Of a stretch of 64,000 nt of DNA, positions 9,669 to 21,793 are shown piece by piece. Source of the stretch: Dehalococcoidia bacterium. Lineage in GTDB: Bacteria; Chloroflexota; Dehalococcoidia; Bin125. Position 1 is the stretch's first letter; every line of letters starts with the position of its first letter. Under the pieces are notes generated by a model. That model saw only the letters and a program-made list of their open reading frames with translations, did not search any database and was not told the origin of the DNA. Both the position numbers and the translations under genes were made by a program. The stretch is taken from the NCBI GenBank assembly GCA_963662615.2, contig CAXXSR010000001.1:320001-384000 (forward strand). The letters are read 5' to 3'.

Positions 9669-9965
9669 GTGCCGCTGCAACGGATCCTCGCCAGCAGCGT
9701 GGGCGAGCCGGAGACGGCGACGAGCCGGCTGGGCGCGGAGGCGCTGCACCTCAGCGAGGGCCGCATCATGCTGAACCGGCGCGTGGACAACGCGGCCGCC
9801 CTGGTTGTGGTGCGGGGGGCGCTGACGATCGGCGTGAGCGACGATGATGCTGCCTTGACCGCCGGGCAGGGCGTCCTGCTGCGGGCCGGCACGATCTACT
9901 CGCTGGAGGCAGAGGAGGAGTCCGTCGCTATCGTGTTCGCGCTGCGCGAGGATGCGCAGCGCTAG
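9669..9965 (+). CDS. small cupin-like hypothetical protein
   Basis: Beta-rich 98 aa with a VVRG..L..G..VLLRAG.IYSL cupin-like pattern; RBS GGGAG. Confidence 0.5.
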   Translation: MPLQRILASSVGEPETATSRLGAEALHLSEGRIMLNRRVDNAAALVVVRGALTIGVSDDDAALTAGQGVLLRAGTIYSLEAEEESVAIVFALREDAQR

Positions 9966-10040
9966 GCCGTTTTCGCGCTGCGCGAGGATCGCCAGCGCTA
10001 GGGCGTTTTCGCGCTGCGCGAGGATCCCTAGCGCTGGGGT
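9936..10040 (+). repeat. 3 x 36-bp tandem duplication of the cupin gene 3' end
   Basis: TTCGCGCTGCGCGAGGAT at 9936, 9972 and 10008. Confidence 0.85.
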
Positions 10041-10082
10041 GTTCTGCGTCGGGCGAGGAGGGACAGGGCGCGGGCGCCGGCC

Positions 10083-10991
10083 TCAGTCGCCGGGACTGAG
10101 CACTTTGAGCGGCCGCCAGCGCTCGGGCCAGGCGTCCTCGCGGCCCAGCACCGCTACCGGCACGCCGTTGGGGTCCACGGCGATCATGCGCTGCGCCTGC
10201 GGCTGCTTGGCCGTGGCTTGCACGGGTTGGCCGCGGAGGATCAGGCGGCGTTGGACGTCGTTGAGCAAGAGGCGCGGCCAGTGCGCCAGGAACAAGGCGG
10301 GCGACTCGGCCAAGTCCCAGCCGCGGCCGGCGGCGAAGGCGTGCTCCAGCGCCTCCAAGGGATGCGCGGATTCCGCGCCGGCCGGGCCGATGGCCGTGCG
10401 TCGCATCTCGATCACATGGGCGCCGCAGCCCAGCGCGCGGCCGAGGTCGCGCGCGACGGCGCGCACGTACGTGCCGGTGCTCACGGTCATGGCGATGCGC
10501 AGGTCCGGCGCCGTCCAACGCTCCACGGTGAGGGCGTAGACGGTGACCGGGCGCGGCGCGAGCGCGGCCGGAGCCCCGCCGCGAGCGGCCCGATAGGCCG
10601 ACACGCCGGCGACCTTGACGGCGCTGTAGTCGGGCGGCACCTGTTCGATCCGGCCTCGGAACAGCTCCAGCGCGGCGTCCACCTCCGCGAGGTGCAGGGC
10701 CGGCACCGCGGCGTGCCGGAGGACCGTGCCGTCGGCGTCGTCGGTGTCGGTGCTGATGCCGAGGCGCAGGGTGGCGGTATAGCTCTTGCGATGCTCGGCC
10801 AAGTACTCCGCCAGCCGCGTGGCCCTGCCCACGAACACGGGCAGCAGGCCCGTGGCCAAGGGGTCGAGCGTGCCGCCGTGACCGACTCGGCGCACGCCGG
10901 TCCAGCGCCGGACCATTTGCACCACGTCGTGCGAGGTGGGGCCGGTGGGCTTGTCAATGAGGAACAGGGCCAAGCGCTGGGGCGCGGTCAC
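10083..10991 (-). CDS. truB: tRNA pseudouridine(55) synthase
   Basis: DKPTGPTSHDVV, GHGGTLDPLATG, GTYVRAVARDLG. Confidence 0.95.
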   Translation of the reverse strand: MTAPQRLALFLIDKPTGPTSHDVVQMVRRWTGVRRVGHGGTLDPLATGLLPVFVGRATRLAEYLAEHRKSYTATLRLGISTDTDDADGTVLRHAAVPALHLAEVDAALELFRGRIEQVPPDYSAVKVAGVSAYRAARGGAPAALAPRPVTVYALTVERWTAPDLRIAMTVSTGTYVRAVARDLGRALGCGAHVIEMRRTAIGPAGAESAHPLEALEHAFAAGRGWDLAESPALFLAHWPRLLLNDVQRRLILRGQPVQATAKQPQAQRMIAVDPNGVPVAVLGREDAWPERWRPLKVLSPGD

Positions 10992-11362
10992 GGCTCACCA
11001 TCCGGGGGGGCCGCCTCGTCCGTGTGCAGGTCGTCGAGGAGATCCTGGAGGCGACGGCCCTGTTCAATGCGGTCATCAGAGGTGAAGCGGAGCTGCGGTA
11101 CCGTGCGCAGGTCTAGGCGCGATCGGAGCAGGCGGCGGATGTAGCCGTCGGCGCGGGTGAGCGCGGTGATGGCGTCGCGTCGCTGCTGGTCGGTGCCCAG
11201 GACGGAGACGTGGACGCGAGCGCTGCGCAGGTCCGGCGAGACCTGGACTTCGGTGACGGAGAGGAGGGTCAGGTCCAGCCGCGGGTCCTTCAGATCCCGC
11301 TGGAGGATCTCCGCCAGCACCTCACGCAGGAGGTCGTTGACCCGGGCTTGCCGCCGTGTCAC
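10988..11362 (-). CDS. rbfA: 30S ribosome-binding factor A
   Basis: KDPRL, VSPDLRSARV, LRTVPQLRF. Confidence 0.95.
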   Translation of the reverse strand: MTRRQARVNDLLREVLAEILQRDLKDPRLDLTLLSVTEVQVSPDLRSARVHVSVLGTDQQRRDAITALTRADGYIRRLLRSRLDLRTVPQLRFTSDDRIEQGRRLQDLLDDLHTDEAAPPDGEP

Positions 11363-11365
11363 GGG

Positions 11366-13187
<1,822 letters not shown>

Positions 13188-13198
<11 letters not shown>

Positions 13199-13502
13199 GG
13201 GCCGTCCCTCCGGGATGGTTGCTGGGCTCAGCGGCGAAGGCGCGGAGGCGGGCCCGGTCGCCGTCGCTGAAGACGGTGCGGAGGGCGCGGGCGAGCTGCG
13301 GGCCGGCGAGCGCTTCGTCCCAGCAGCCGCGATCGGGACAGAGATAGGCGCCGCGGCCCGGGGCGCGTCCCCGGCGGTCCACCGCCACTGCTCCCGCAGG
13401 CGAGCGCACGAGCCGGATCAGTACATGCTGTTGCCGCTTGCGGCGACAGGCCACGCACGTTCGCTGGGGCAGGCGCCGCGGCGGGGCGGCGGCCAAAGTC
13501 AT
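13188..13502 (-). CDS. ylxR: YlxR/RnpM (DUF448) RNA-binding protein
   Basis: PQRTCVACR, GRGAYLC; lies between nusA and infB. Confidence 0.9.
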
Positions 13503-13606
13503 GAGGCTACGCCTTTCCTGCGATTGCCAGCGCCGAGGACCTTTCCTGCGATCAGCGGCGCCGCGGGCGGTCTCGCGGGCAGGCCGCGGGCGCGCCGCCG
13601 CCGCGG

Positions 13607-15109
13607 TTAGCTTTCTTCTTCGTTTTGGAATTCGGCGTACTGATCTTCGTCCAGGCCCTCGTCGGTCTCCACATAGCGCGGGCGCCGGCGCTTTTTGCTG
13701 GGCGTCGCCTGCTCGGGAGGACGGCGGATCAGCTCTTCCGCGAAGCGGATCTTGCCGGCCTCGGCCTGTCTGGGCTGCACCTCGATGGCCTCCAGCGCGG
13801 GCGCCACTTCCTCCGGTTCGTCCGGCACCTCCCCGGCTGTGGCCGGAGCCGCCCGCCGGGCCGTCTCCGGTGCCGCTTCGCCCGGGGCCGGCGCGACGGG
13901 CGCATCGGCCGACGCGTCGGGGTCGGGCACGGTCGCCACGACCGCCTCCGGCTCTTCCACGGCCAGCGGCGCCAGCTCCGGCTGGGGAGCATAGGGGCCG
14001 AGCCCGTGCTCCAGCAGCTTTTCCGCAGCGGATTGCGGTTTGATGTCAATGCGATAGCGCGTGAGCCCCGCAGCCAGGCGGGCGTTCTGCCCTTCCTTGC
14101 CGATGGCCAGCGAGAGTTGCTGGTCCGGCACCGCCACCTCCGCGGTGTTGGTGGCGGGGACAATGCGCGCGGCCAGCACTTGCGCGGGACTGAGCGCATG
14201 AGCCACGTACTTGCGCGGGTCCGGGTCCCACTGGATCACGTCCACGCGTTCGCCTTGGAGCCCGTTGACGATGTTCTGAATACGGATCCCGCGCATGCCC
14301 ACGCAGGCGCCCACGGGGTCCAAGCCCTCTTGATGGCTATGCACGGCGATCTTGGTGCGGTGCCCGGCCTCCCGGGCGATGCCCTTGATCTCCACCAAGC
14401 CCTTGTTCACCTCCGGCACTTCCAGCTCCACGATGCGGCGAATGAGGCTCTTGTGCGTGCGCGAGACCACGACCTGCGGCCCCTTGTTGCTGCGCAGGAC
14501 CTCCAGCACGTAGACCAGCAGCCGTTGGCCCGAGCGGTAGTGCTCCATGCGCACCTGCTCCGACGCCGGCAAGAGGGCCTCGGTGCGGCCGAGATCCAGG
14601 ATGACCTGGCGCGGCTCCACCCGCTCGATCAGGCCGGAGACCGTTTCGCCCTCTTGGCCGGTGTATTCGTCGAAGACGGCTTCACGCTCCGCCTCCCGTA
14701 GCCGCTGCAAGACGACCTGCTTCGCCGTCTGCGCCGCGATCCTTCCGGACGGCGTCGCCACTTCCTGGTCGATGCGCAGAGTGCCGCCGATCTGGACGGT
14801 GGCTTGGAGGAGACGGGCGGCCTCCAAGTCGATCTGGAGGTCCTCGTCGGCGATGTCCTCCTCGACCTCTACAACTTCGCGCTCAGACCAGATCTGCAAG
14901 TCGCCGGTGACGCGGTCAATGCGGACCTGCACCTGCCCCACGACGCCGTGTTCCCGCTTATAGGCCGCGCCCAGGGCGGATTCCACCGCCTCAAAGACGA
15001 CGTCTTCCGGCAGGTTCTTCTCCGCCGTGAGCTGCGTAATGGCGAGCAGGAAGTCTGGCTTGACTGCTGTGTCTTCCTGCCCTGGTGCCGCCGCGGCCCG
15101 TCTCACCAT
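13607..15109 (-). CDS. nusA: transcription termination factor NusA
   Basis: GRIAAQTAKQV, REAGHRTKIAV, GACVG, LSLAIGKEGQNARLA. Confidence 0.96.
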   Translation of the reverse strand: MVRRAAAAPGQEDTAVKPDFLLAITQLTAEKNLPEDVVFEAVESALGAAYKREHGVVGQVQVRIDRVTGDLQIWSEREVVEVEEDIADEDLQIDLEAARLLQATVQIGGTLRIDQEVATPSGRIAAQTAKQVVLQRLREAEREAVFDEYTGQEGETVSGLIERVEPRQVILDLGRTEALLPASEQVRMEHYRSGQRLLVYVLEVLRSNKGPQVVVSRTHKSLIRRIVELEVPEVNKGLVEIKGIAREAGHRTKIAVHSHQEGLDPVGACVGMRGIRIQNIVNGLQGERVDVIQWDPDPRKYVAHALSPAQVLAARIVPATNTAEVAVPDQQLSLAIGKEGQNARLAAGLTRYRIDIKPQSAAEKLLEHGLGPYAPQPELAPLAVEEPEAVVATVPDPDASADAPVAPAPGEAAPETARRAAPATAGEVPDEPEEVAPALEAIEVQPRQAEAGKIRFAEELIRRPPEQATPSKKRRRPRYVETDEGLDEDQYAEFQNEEES

Positions 15110-15123
15110 GCAGAGCGCCTCTC

Positions 15124-15152
15124 AACAAAGAAGGTGGGCAGAGCCCACCTTC
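15124..15152 (-). terminator. leader hairpin/attenuator upstream of nusA (rimP-leader-like)
   Basis: GAAGGTGGGC-TCT-GCCCACCTTC followed by TTTGTT on the minus strand; TGcTATACT promoter at 15180-15188. Confidence 0.65.
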
Positions 15153-15240
15153 AGCAGTTACGCCAATACAGTTTGGATCAGTATAGCAAATCCGCAAACG
15201 GCTCGCCACGGCCGCGTGCGGGGGGAGGCGGGGGCGCCGG

Positions 15241-16989
15241 TCAGACCCCGGCGGCGCCCGACGGGTCGCTCGCGAGCGCCTTGCGCACGGCCGGCGTCAG
15301 CTCCGAGGCCGGCATGGTCACCGCGGTGTCCTCGTCGCGCCGCTTCAGCTCCACGACCGACGCCTTGAGGTTGCGCGGGCTGATGGTGAGCCGCAGCGGC
15401 ATGCCCAGCAGGTCGGCGTCATTGAACTTGACCCCGGGGCGTTCGTCCCGATCGTCGGTGAGGACGTCGAGGCCGGCGGCCCCCAGGTCGCGTTCGGCCG
15501 CTTCCGCGGCGGCGCGCACCTCGGCGTTGTCCCAGTTGATGCCGACGATGTGTACGTGGTAGGGGGCGAGGCTCGCGGGCCAGCGAATGCCCCGTTCGTC
15601 ATGGTTGGCCTCGATCGCGGCGGCGAGCAGCCGCTCCACGCCGATGCCGTAGCAGCCCATGACGGGCCGGCGACTTTCGCCCTGGGCATCCAGGAACGAC
15701 GCATCCATTTTGTCCGTGTAGATGGTTCCCAAGCTGAAGAGGTGGCCCAGCTCCATGCCCCGCGCCAGCGTCAGCGGCGTCTGACAGCGGGGACAGGGAT
15801 CGCCTGCCCGGACCAAGCCGATGTCCGCCACACTGTCCGCCTGCCAGTCGCGGCCGTAGTTCACGTTGCGGAGGTGCGTGTCCGCTTTGTTCGCGCCGGC
15901 CACGAGATTCGAGGCGGACTCCACGGACAGGTCCGCCACCACCCGCACCCCCTTCAGCCCCAGTGGCGAGGCGAAGCCGGCCGTCCAGCCGGCTTCCTCC
16001 ACCTCGGCGTCGGTCATGGGCCGCACGTCCAAGGCGTTGAGGACGTTGCTGAGCTTGCGTTCGTTCACGTCCAGATCTCCGCGCAGGGCCGCGATGACGG
16101 GCCGCTCGTCCGCCATGTAGAAGACGACCTTGAGCGTCTGGCGCGTGGAGAGGCGGAGGAAGGCCGCCAGGTCCCGGATCGTGGTGATGCCGGGCGTGGC
16201 GATCTCGGCCAGCGGCAGGGGCTCCTCCACGTCAGGCTCGCCGCGGTGGAATTCAGCCCGCTCGGAGTTGGCGGCGTAGTGGCAGCCAGGGCAGCGGACC
16301 ACGGTGTCCTCGCCCACGTCGGTGAGGAAGACGAACTCCTCCGAGATCTTGCCGCCAATGGCGCCGGAGTCCGCCGCGACGGGCACGCTGGGGACGCCAC
16401 AGCGGGCGAAGATGTTGGTGTAGGCCTGGTGCATGGCCTGGTAGGAGCGTTGGAAGCCTTCGTCATCGAGGTCGAACGAGTAGGCGTCCTTCATGGTGAA
16501 CTGGCGCACGCGCACGAGCCCGCCGCGCGGGCGGGGCTCGTCGCGGAACTTGGTCTGGATCTGGTAGAGGCGCCGGGGCAGGTCGCGGTAGGACTGGACG
16601 GAGCGGCGGACGAGGTCGGTGACGGCCTCTTCGTGGGTGGGGGCAAGGACGTACTGGCGCTCGCGCCGGTCCTGGAGGCGGAAGAGCACGGGACCGTAGG
16701 CCTCGGCGCGACCGGTCTCCTGCCACAGCTCGAGCGGCTGCAGGACAGGCATCATCAGCTCCTGCCCGCCGGCCTTGTCCATCTCGTCGCGGATGATCGC
16801 TTCGATCTTCCGCAGCGCGCGCCAGGCGAGGGGCAGGTACGAATACACCCCAGCCGAGAGCTGCATGATCAGCCCGGCCCGCAGGAGCAGCTTGTGGTTG
16901 TCGCTGTCGGCTTCCGCCGGCGCGGTCCGCAGGGTGCGGCCGAACAGCTCGCTCATGCGCTGGGCCCGGCGGGGGGGTGTGCTGATCAC
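15241..16989 (-). CDS. proS: proline--tRNA ligase
   Basis: LAPTHEE, FRDEPRPRGGL, MGCYGIG, GVKFNDADLLG. Confidence 0.97.
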   Translation of the reverse strand: MISTPPRRAQRMSELFGRTLRTAPAEADSDNHKLLLRAGLIMQLSAGVYSYLPLAWRALRKIEAIIRDEMDKAGGQELMMPVLQPLELWQETGRAEAYGPVLFRLQDRRERQYVLAPTHEEAVTDLVRRSVQSYRDLPRRLYQIQTKFRDEPRPRGGLVRVRQFTMKDAYSFDLDDEGFQRSYQAMHQAYTNIFARCGVPSVPVAADSGAIGGKISEEFVFLTDVGEDTVVRCPGCHYAANSERAEFHRGEPDVEEPLPLAEIATPGITTIRDLAAFLRLSTRQTLKVVFYMADERPVIAALRGDLDVNERKLSNVLNALDVRPMTDAEVEEAGWTAGFASPLGLKGVRVVADLSVESASNLVAGANKADTHLRNVNYGRDWQADSVADIGLVRAGDPCPRCQTPLTLARGMELGHLFSLGTIYTDKMDASFLDAQGESRRPVMGCYGIGVERLLAAAIEANHDERGIRWPASLAPYHVHIVGINWDNAEVRAAAEAAERDLGAAGLDVLTDDRDERPGVKFNDADLLGMPLRLTISPRNLKASVVELKRRDEDTAVTMPASELTPAVRKALASDPSGAAGV

Positions 16990-17552
16990 GGCGGCGCGGA
17001 AGTCCCTTCGTCACTGTCCATCGGTGCGGTGTCCACCGGCGCAGTGTTCACCGGCGCAGTGTCCACCGGCGCAGTGTCCACAGGCGCAGTGGGGGTTCCG
17101 TTTGAATCTAGCGAAGCGTTGGCTTCGCGGCCAGCGTTGGGTTCGCGGCGAGGGTTGGCGTCGACGGTTGATGCGGGCTTGGGCGGGCGGAAGTCGCCGG
17201 CGATCAGCATGATGGCGCGGACATCGGGCGGCTGCGTCTCTGGCGGAGGGGCGACGCGTAAGCGCCCAAAGCGGTCTCCGAGGGCGTAGGCGTCCCAGAC
17301 CCAGTAGGCGGCGGCGGTGAGGAGGGCCCCGCCGGCCGGCGCCGTGACCATGCTGACGCCGATGCCGGTCCCCGTGTCCAGGCCAAGGACGGGGACGAGC
17401 ACGCCGCCGGCGCCGCCGCCCAGCAGCGCGAAGGGGAGCGCCCAGATGGCCCCGTCCGCGCGCCGGCGCACGCTCCAGGCCAACCAGGGCAGGCCGCCCA
17501 GCACAACCCAAGCGAGGAAGAAGAGCGCGAGGAAGATCGCGTCGAAGAGCAC
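16986..17552 (-). CDS. hypothetical membrane protein with TAPVD-repeat tail
   Basis: Three hydrophobic segments; GTGA overlap with proS; five 15-bp repeats at 17015-17091. Confidence 0.6.
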   Translation of the reverse strand: MLFDAIFLALFFLAWVVLGGLPWLAWSVRRRADGAIWALPFALLGGGAGGVLVPVLGLDTGTGIGVSMVTAPAGGALLTAAAYWVWDAYALGDRFGRLRVAPPPETQPPDVRAIMLIAGDFRPPKPASTVDANPRREPNAGREANASLDSNGTPTAPVDTAPVDTAPVNTAPVDTAPMDSDEGTSAPP

Positions 17553-17665
17553 GGGGCGTAGGGTAGGGGTTCTGCCGCCGGTGGGCGGAACGGGCGCCGA
17601 CCGTCGTAGCCGTCGCGCTCCCCCCCGTGCGATGATGGCGCCGTGCTTGGCGGAGGCAGCAGCGG

Positions 17666-18796
17666 ATGAAACGGAACCCCACGCGGGCAGTGCGTGTGGG
17701 AGCGGTCACGATCGGCGGGGGGGCGCCGATCGCGGTGCAGTCGATGGCGGCCACCCGCACCCAGGACATCGACGCCACCGTGCGGCAGGTGCAGCTGATG
17801 CGTGAGGCCGGCGCCGATCTGGTCCGCATCGCCGTGGACTCGAAGAAGGACGTGGAAGCGCTGGCAGTGGTGCGGGAGCGCACCAGCGGGCCGCTGTCCG
17901 TTGATCTGCAGGAGAACTACCGCCTGGCGTCGCTGGTGGCGCCGTTCGTGGACAAGCTGCGCTACAACCCCGGCCATCTCCATCACCATGAAAAAGAGAA
18001 GTCCATCCAGGAGAAGGTGGCCTTCATTGCCGAGACGGCCGTGGAGCATGACTGCGCTCTGCGCGTGGGCGTCAACTGCGGGTCGGTGGACCCGCGCATG
18101 CAAGAGCGCTACGGCGACGACCACGTGCAGGCGATCGTGGCGAGCGCGCTGGAACACTGCGCCCTGCTGGACGGACTGGGCTTCGATCGCTATGTGGTCT
18201 CGCTGAAGGATTCCGACTGGCGCAAGGTGGTGGAGGCGAACCGCCGCTTCGCGGCGGAGCGGCCGGAGGTGCCCCTGCACCTGGGCGTGACGGAGGCGGG
18301 GATGCCGCCGGACGGGATCATCAAGACGCGGGTCGCGTTCGAGCAGCTCGTCACGGAGGGGATCGGCGATACGGTGCGGGTGTCGCTGACGGTGCCGTTC
18401 GAGGAGAAGGGGCTGGAGATCGAGGCGGCGCGCGCGATTCTGGCGGACATCGCGGCGGGGCGCTTCCGCTCCGTGCCGGCGTCGCTGGATGAGGGGCTGA
18501 ACATCATCGCCTGCCCGTCCTGCTCGCGCGTGGAGAACGAGGCGTTCGTGGAGCTGGCGCAGGACGTCAAGACGATGACGGCGTACGCCCAGGAGCACGA
18601 CATCACGATTGCGGTGATGGGCTGCCGCGTGAACGGCCCCGGCGAAACGGACGACGCCGATCTGGGGCTGTGGTGCGGGCCGGTCGCGGTGAACCTCAAG
18701 CACGGATCCGAGTCGCTGGGGCAGTTCCCGTATGACGAGATTCTTGACCGGCTGCGGGTGGAGCTGGACCGGCTGATCGTCGCGCGGACGGGGTAG
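17666..18796 (+). CDS. ispG: HMBPP synthase (MEP pathway)
   Basis: [57 protein letters not shown]. Confidence 0.95.
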   Translation: MKRNPTRAVRVGAVTIGGGAPIAVQSMAATRTQDIDATVRQVQLMREAGADLVRIAVDSKKDVEALAVVRERTSGPLSVDLQENYRLASLVAPFVDKLRYNPGHLHHHEKEKSIQEKVAFIAETAVEHDCALRVGVNCGSVDPRMQERYGDDHVQAIVASALEHCALLDGLGFDRYVVSLKDSDWRKVVEANRRFAAERPEVPLHLGVTEAGMPPDGIIKTRVAFEQLVTEGIGDTVRVSLTVPFEEKGLEIEAARAILADIAAGRFRSVPASLDEGLNIIACPSCSRVENEAFVELAQDVKTMTAYAQEHDITIAVMGCRVNGPGETDDADLGLWCGPVAVNLKHGSESLGQFPYDEILDRLRVELDRLIVARTG

Positions 18797-20630
18797 AGCC
18801 CCGGTAGGCAGCGCCGCTCGTCGTTCGACTTTTTCGCCCGCGCTCGCGGTTGGTCCGTACCAGGGCAGCGTTCGTGACCGCTCGCGCCAGGGCTTGACGA
18901 TCAGGACGATGTCGGAGCCGCTTAACGCAAGGCGCTCTCGCGCTGATGGCGCGGACGATGTCGAAATAGGCCACGACGACGCCCACGATGAGCAGCAGCG
19001 CGAAGCCGGTGAGGTGGACCAGCCCCTCTCGCTCCGGTGAGATGCGCTTGCCGCGACGGGCGATCTCGATCAAGACGAAGACGATGCGGCCGCCGTCGAG
19101 CATGGGCAGCGGCAGGATGTTGAGGATCGCCAGGCTGAGGCTGAGCCACGCCGCCAGCTCGATCAGGCGGAGCCAGCCCGCTTGCTCCACCACCTCGCCC
19201 GTGGCCTGCGCCAGTCCGATAGGGCCCTGGACGCGCAGCCCCTCCCCGCCCGCGATCCAGGAGCGGATGCGGTTGCGAACCACCGTGAGGGTGTTCACCG
19301 TGCGATTCCAGCCGGTCTCCACGGCGGCGAAGAAGCCCTCCCCATGCTTCGTTGTGGCGCCGCTGCGGTTGGCAATGGAGATGCCCGTGGGGCCCTGACG
19401 AATGCTGATCTCCGTGCCGGGCGGGAGGTTCACAAGGTCGATGCCGGCGGCTTGCAGGACGGTCTGGGTTGGGAAGCCGAGGTCCCGCCCCACGCTGACC
19501 GCCGTGTCTCCCGGCTGGATGAGGTAGGATTCGCCGCCGGGCAGGGCGAGGGTCACGCCCGCGGGCAGCGCCACGCCACGGCCCAGGCCGACGGCGCTGA
19601 GCACCTGGCTGGCGGTGAGCCCGAGCGCGTCCGCTACGTCATGGACCGTCTCGCCGGGCTGGACCACGTGCTCCAGGCGCTCCGGCGCCAGCCGCGCGCG
19701 GACCGTGGTGACGAAGGTCTCCGTGACGGTCGTGCGACGCTGCGAGGCGCCTTCCTGCGCCACGTCGCGCTCCACGACGACATCGAGGTCCTCGCCCAGG
19801 TTGAGGTTGATCTGGAGGACAACATCGGGGCCGTTGCGGATCTCCTTCCCGTTGATGCTGACGAAGCGGTCGCCGGGTTGCAGCCCGCTCTGCGACGCGG
19901 GACCGCCCTGGATCACAGAGGTGATCACGGCCGGACCCGCGGAGATGGTCTGCGGGATCAGGGCGGCGATGGCGAAGAGGATGATGGGCAGGATCGCGTT
20001 GACGCCGGCGCCTGCGGCCAAGACGAGAATGCGGATCCGGCGCGGCTTGGCGGCCAGCGAGCGCGGGTCGGGCGTTACCTGGAGGCCGGCGATGCGGCCC
20101 ACGGTCGCAGCGGCGCTCTCGTCTCGCTCCGCGGGAGCGGGCGGCGACGGCGGTGCGTCGGCGTTGGGTTCGCCGACTGCAAGCAGCACGTCCTGTTCAA
20201 CGAGCTGGCTGCCGCTGGGCGCGTCCTCTGGGCGCTCAAGGGTCAGCGCAATGGTCCCCGCGGAGGCGGCGCGTCTCAGCTCCGCGGCGAGCTTCTCCTG
20301 CGAATGGACCGCTTTGTCGTTGACCTTGGTGATCACGTCGCCGGTGGCGATGCCGGCGCGGCCGGCAGCGCCCTGGGCGTTGACCTGACCCACGTACACG
20401 CGCGCGCTCTCTTCGCCGGTGAGGCGCACGAAGCCGCCCAGCGGCAGCCAGTTGATCGAATAGAGGGTCTCGCCGAAACGCTTGCCCCAGATGCGCGGGG
20501 GGAACCCCACGCCGAACTCCTCCACGCGCACGCCCGACAGTTTGGCGACGACGTAGTGGCCCAGCTCGTGCAGGACGACGAGGCCGACCAGGATGCCGAT
20601 GAAGGGAAGGACGGCTTGCAGCACGACCAT
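18696..20630 (-). CDS. rseP: RIP/M50 metalloprotease RseP with PDZ and LysM-like domains (true stop probably at 18922)
   Basis: [25 protein letters not shown]; TGATG overlap with dxr. Confidence 0.9.
   Translation of the reverse strand: MVVLQAVLPFIGILVGLVVLHELGHYVVAKLSGVRVEEFGVGFPPRIWGKRFGETLYSINWLPLGGFVRLTGEESARVYVGQVNAQGAAGRAGIATGDVITKVNDKAVHSQEKLAAELRRAASAGTIALTLERPEDAPSGSQLVEQDVLLAVGEPNADAPPSPPAPAERDESAAATVGRIAGLQVTPDPRSLAAKPRRIRILVLAAGAGVNAILPIILFAIAALIPQTISAGPAVITSVIQGGPASQSGLQPGDRFVSINGKEIRNGPDVVLQINLNLGEDLDVVVERDVAQEGASQRRTTVTETFVTTVRARLAPERLEHVVQPGETVHDVADALGLTASQVLSAVGLGRGVALPAGVTLALPGGESYLIQPGDTAVSVGRDLGFPTQTVLQAAGIDLVNLPPGTEISIRQGPTGISIANRSGATTKHGEGFFAAVETGWNRTVNTLTVVRNRIRSWIAGGEGLRVQGPIGLAQATGEVVEQAGWLRLIELAAWLSLSLAILNILPLPMLDGGRIVFVLIEIARRGKRISPEREGLVHLTGFALLLIVGVVVAYFDIVRAISARAPCVKRLRHRPDRQALARAVTNAALVRTNRERGRKSRTTSGAAYRGSTPSARRSAGPAPPAAGQESRHTGTAPATRIRA
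18828..18905 (+). repeat. diverged copy of the 82-bp repeat
   Basis: TTTTTCGCCCGCGCTCGCGG...CCGCTCGCGCCAGGGCTTGACG. Confidence 0.55.
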
Positions 20631-21793
20631 CAGACGCGCACCAAGCAGTCGGCGGCGTAGCGCCGCGCCCAGGCGTCGGCGGCGTCGATGGTCTCCAGGT
20701 CGGGGTCGTCCACGGCCTCGTGGGCGTTCAGCGTCGCCGCAATCATGTCCGCGATCTCCGTGAAGGTGATGCGGCGGTCCAGGTACGCGGACACAGCGAC
20801 TTCGTCGGCCGCCGCCATCACGGCGGGAGCGGTGCCACCCTGGCGCCCGGCCTGCATTGCCAGCTGCAGACAAGGGTAGCGATCGAGGTCAGGGGCTTGG
20901 AAGGTCAGGGTCCCCAGCGCCGCCAGGTCCAGCGGCTCCACCGTGGGCTGGAGCCGGTCAGGGTAGGTGAGGGCGCACTGAATGGGCAGACGCATATCCG
21001 GCTTGCCCAGTTGCGCCTTGACGGAGCCATCCGACATCTCCACCAGGGAATGCACGATGGATTCGGCGTGTTGCAGGACCTCCACGCGCTCGTAGGGCAC
21101 GTCGAAGAGCCAGCGGGCCTCAATGGTTTCCATGCCCTTGTTGAGGAGGGTGGCGCAGTCGATGGTGATCTTCTTCCCCATGTTCCAGGTGGGGTGCTGG
21201 AGCGCGCGCTCCGGGGCCACGTCTGGCAGCGCCTCGAGGGGCAGGTCGCGCAGGGCGCCACCCGAGGCTGTTAAGATGATTCGACGGATCTCGTTCCGTT
21301 CCTCACCCCAAAGGCACTGCCAAATGGCGCTGTGTTCGGAATCGACGGGGCGCAGCTCGCCACCGCCGCGGTCGGCGGCGGCCCGCACCAGATGGCCCGC
21401 CATCACCACGACCTCCTTGTTGGCGAGCGCGACGGCGGTGCCGCGGTCGAGGGCGGTGAGGGTGGGTTCCAGGCCCGCCCGCCCGGCGGTCCCCACCATG
21501 AGCACATCCAGATCGTCGTCGGAGGCCATCTCCTCCATGGTCGCGATGCCGGCGCCGACTTCGGTGGCGATGGCGTGGAGGGTATCGAGGCCGTCGCCGT
21601 GGCGGCCGTCGTTGGCCCAGATGTAGCGGGGCCGGAACTCACGCGCCTGCTGGGCCAGCAGCTCCAGGTTGCGGCCAGCGGCGAGCCCCTGCACCTGGAA
21701 GTGGCCGCGCAGGGTGCGGATCACGTCCAGCGTCTGGGTCCCGATGCTGCCGGTGCTGCCTAGGAGGGTGACGCGGATCAGAGGACGAACCAT
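20630..21793 (-). CDS. dxr: 1-deoxy-D-xylulose-5-phosphate reductoisomerase
   Basis: LGSTGSIG, LANKE, PVDSEHSAI, HPTWNMGKKITID. Confidence 0.96.
   Translation of the reverse strand: MVRPLIRVTLLGSTGSIGTQTLDVIRTLRGHFQVQGLAAGRNLELLAQQAREFRPRYIWANDGRHGDGLDTLHAIATEVGAGIATMEEMASDDDLDVLMVGTAGRAGLEPTLTALDRGTAVALANKEVVVMAGHLVRAAADRGGGELRPVDSEHSAIWQCLWGEERNEIRRIILTASGGALRDLPLEALPDVAPERALQHPTWNMGKKITIDCATLLNKGMETIEARWLFDVPYERVEVLQHAESIVHSLVEMSDGSVKAQLGKPDMRLPIQCALTYPDRLQPTVEPLDLAALGTLTFQAPDLDRYPCLQLAMQAGRQGGTAPAVMAAADEVAVSAYLDRRITFTEIADMIAATLNAHEAVDDPDLETIDAADAWARRYAADCLVRV

Noticed and set aside
15060-15109. Non-canonical GTC start for nusA at VKPDFL
   Set aside because: An in-frame ATG at 15109 with a GAGAGG RBS explains initiation.
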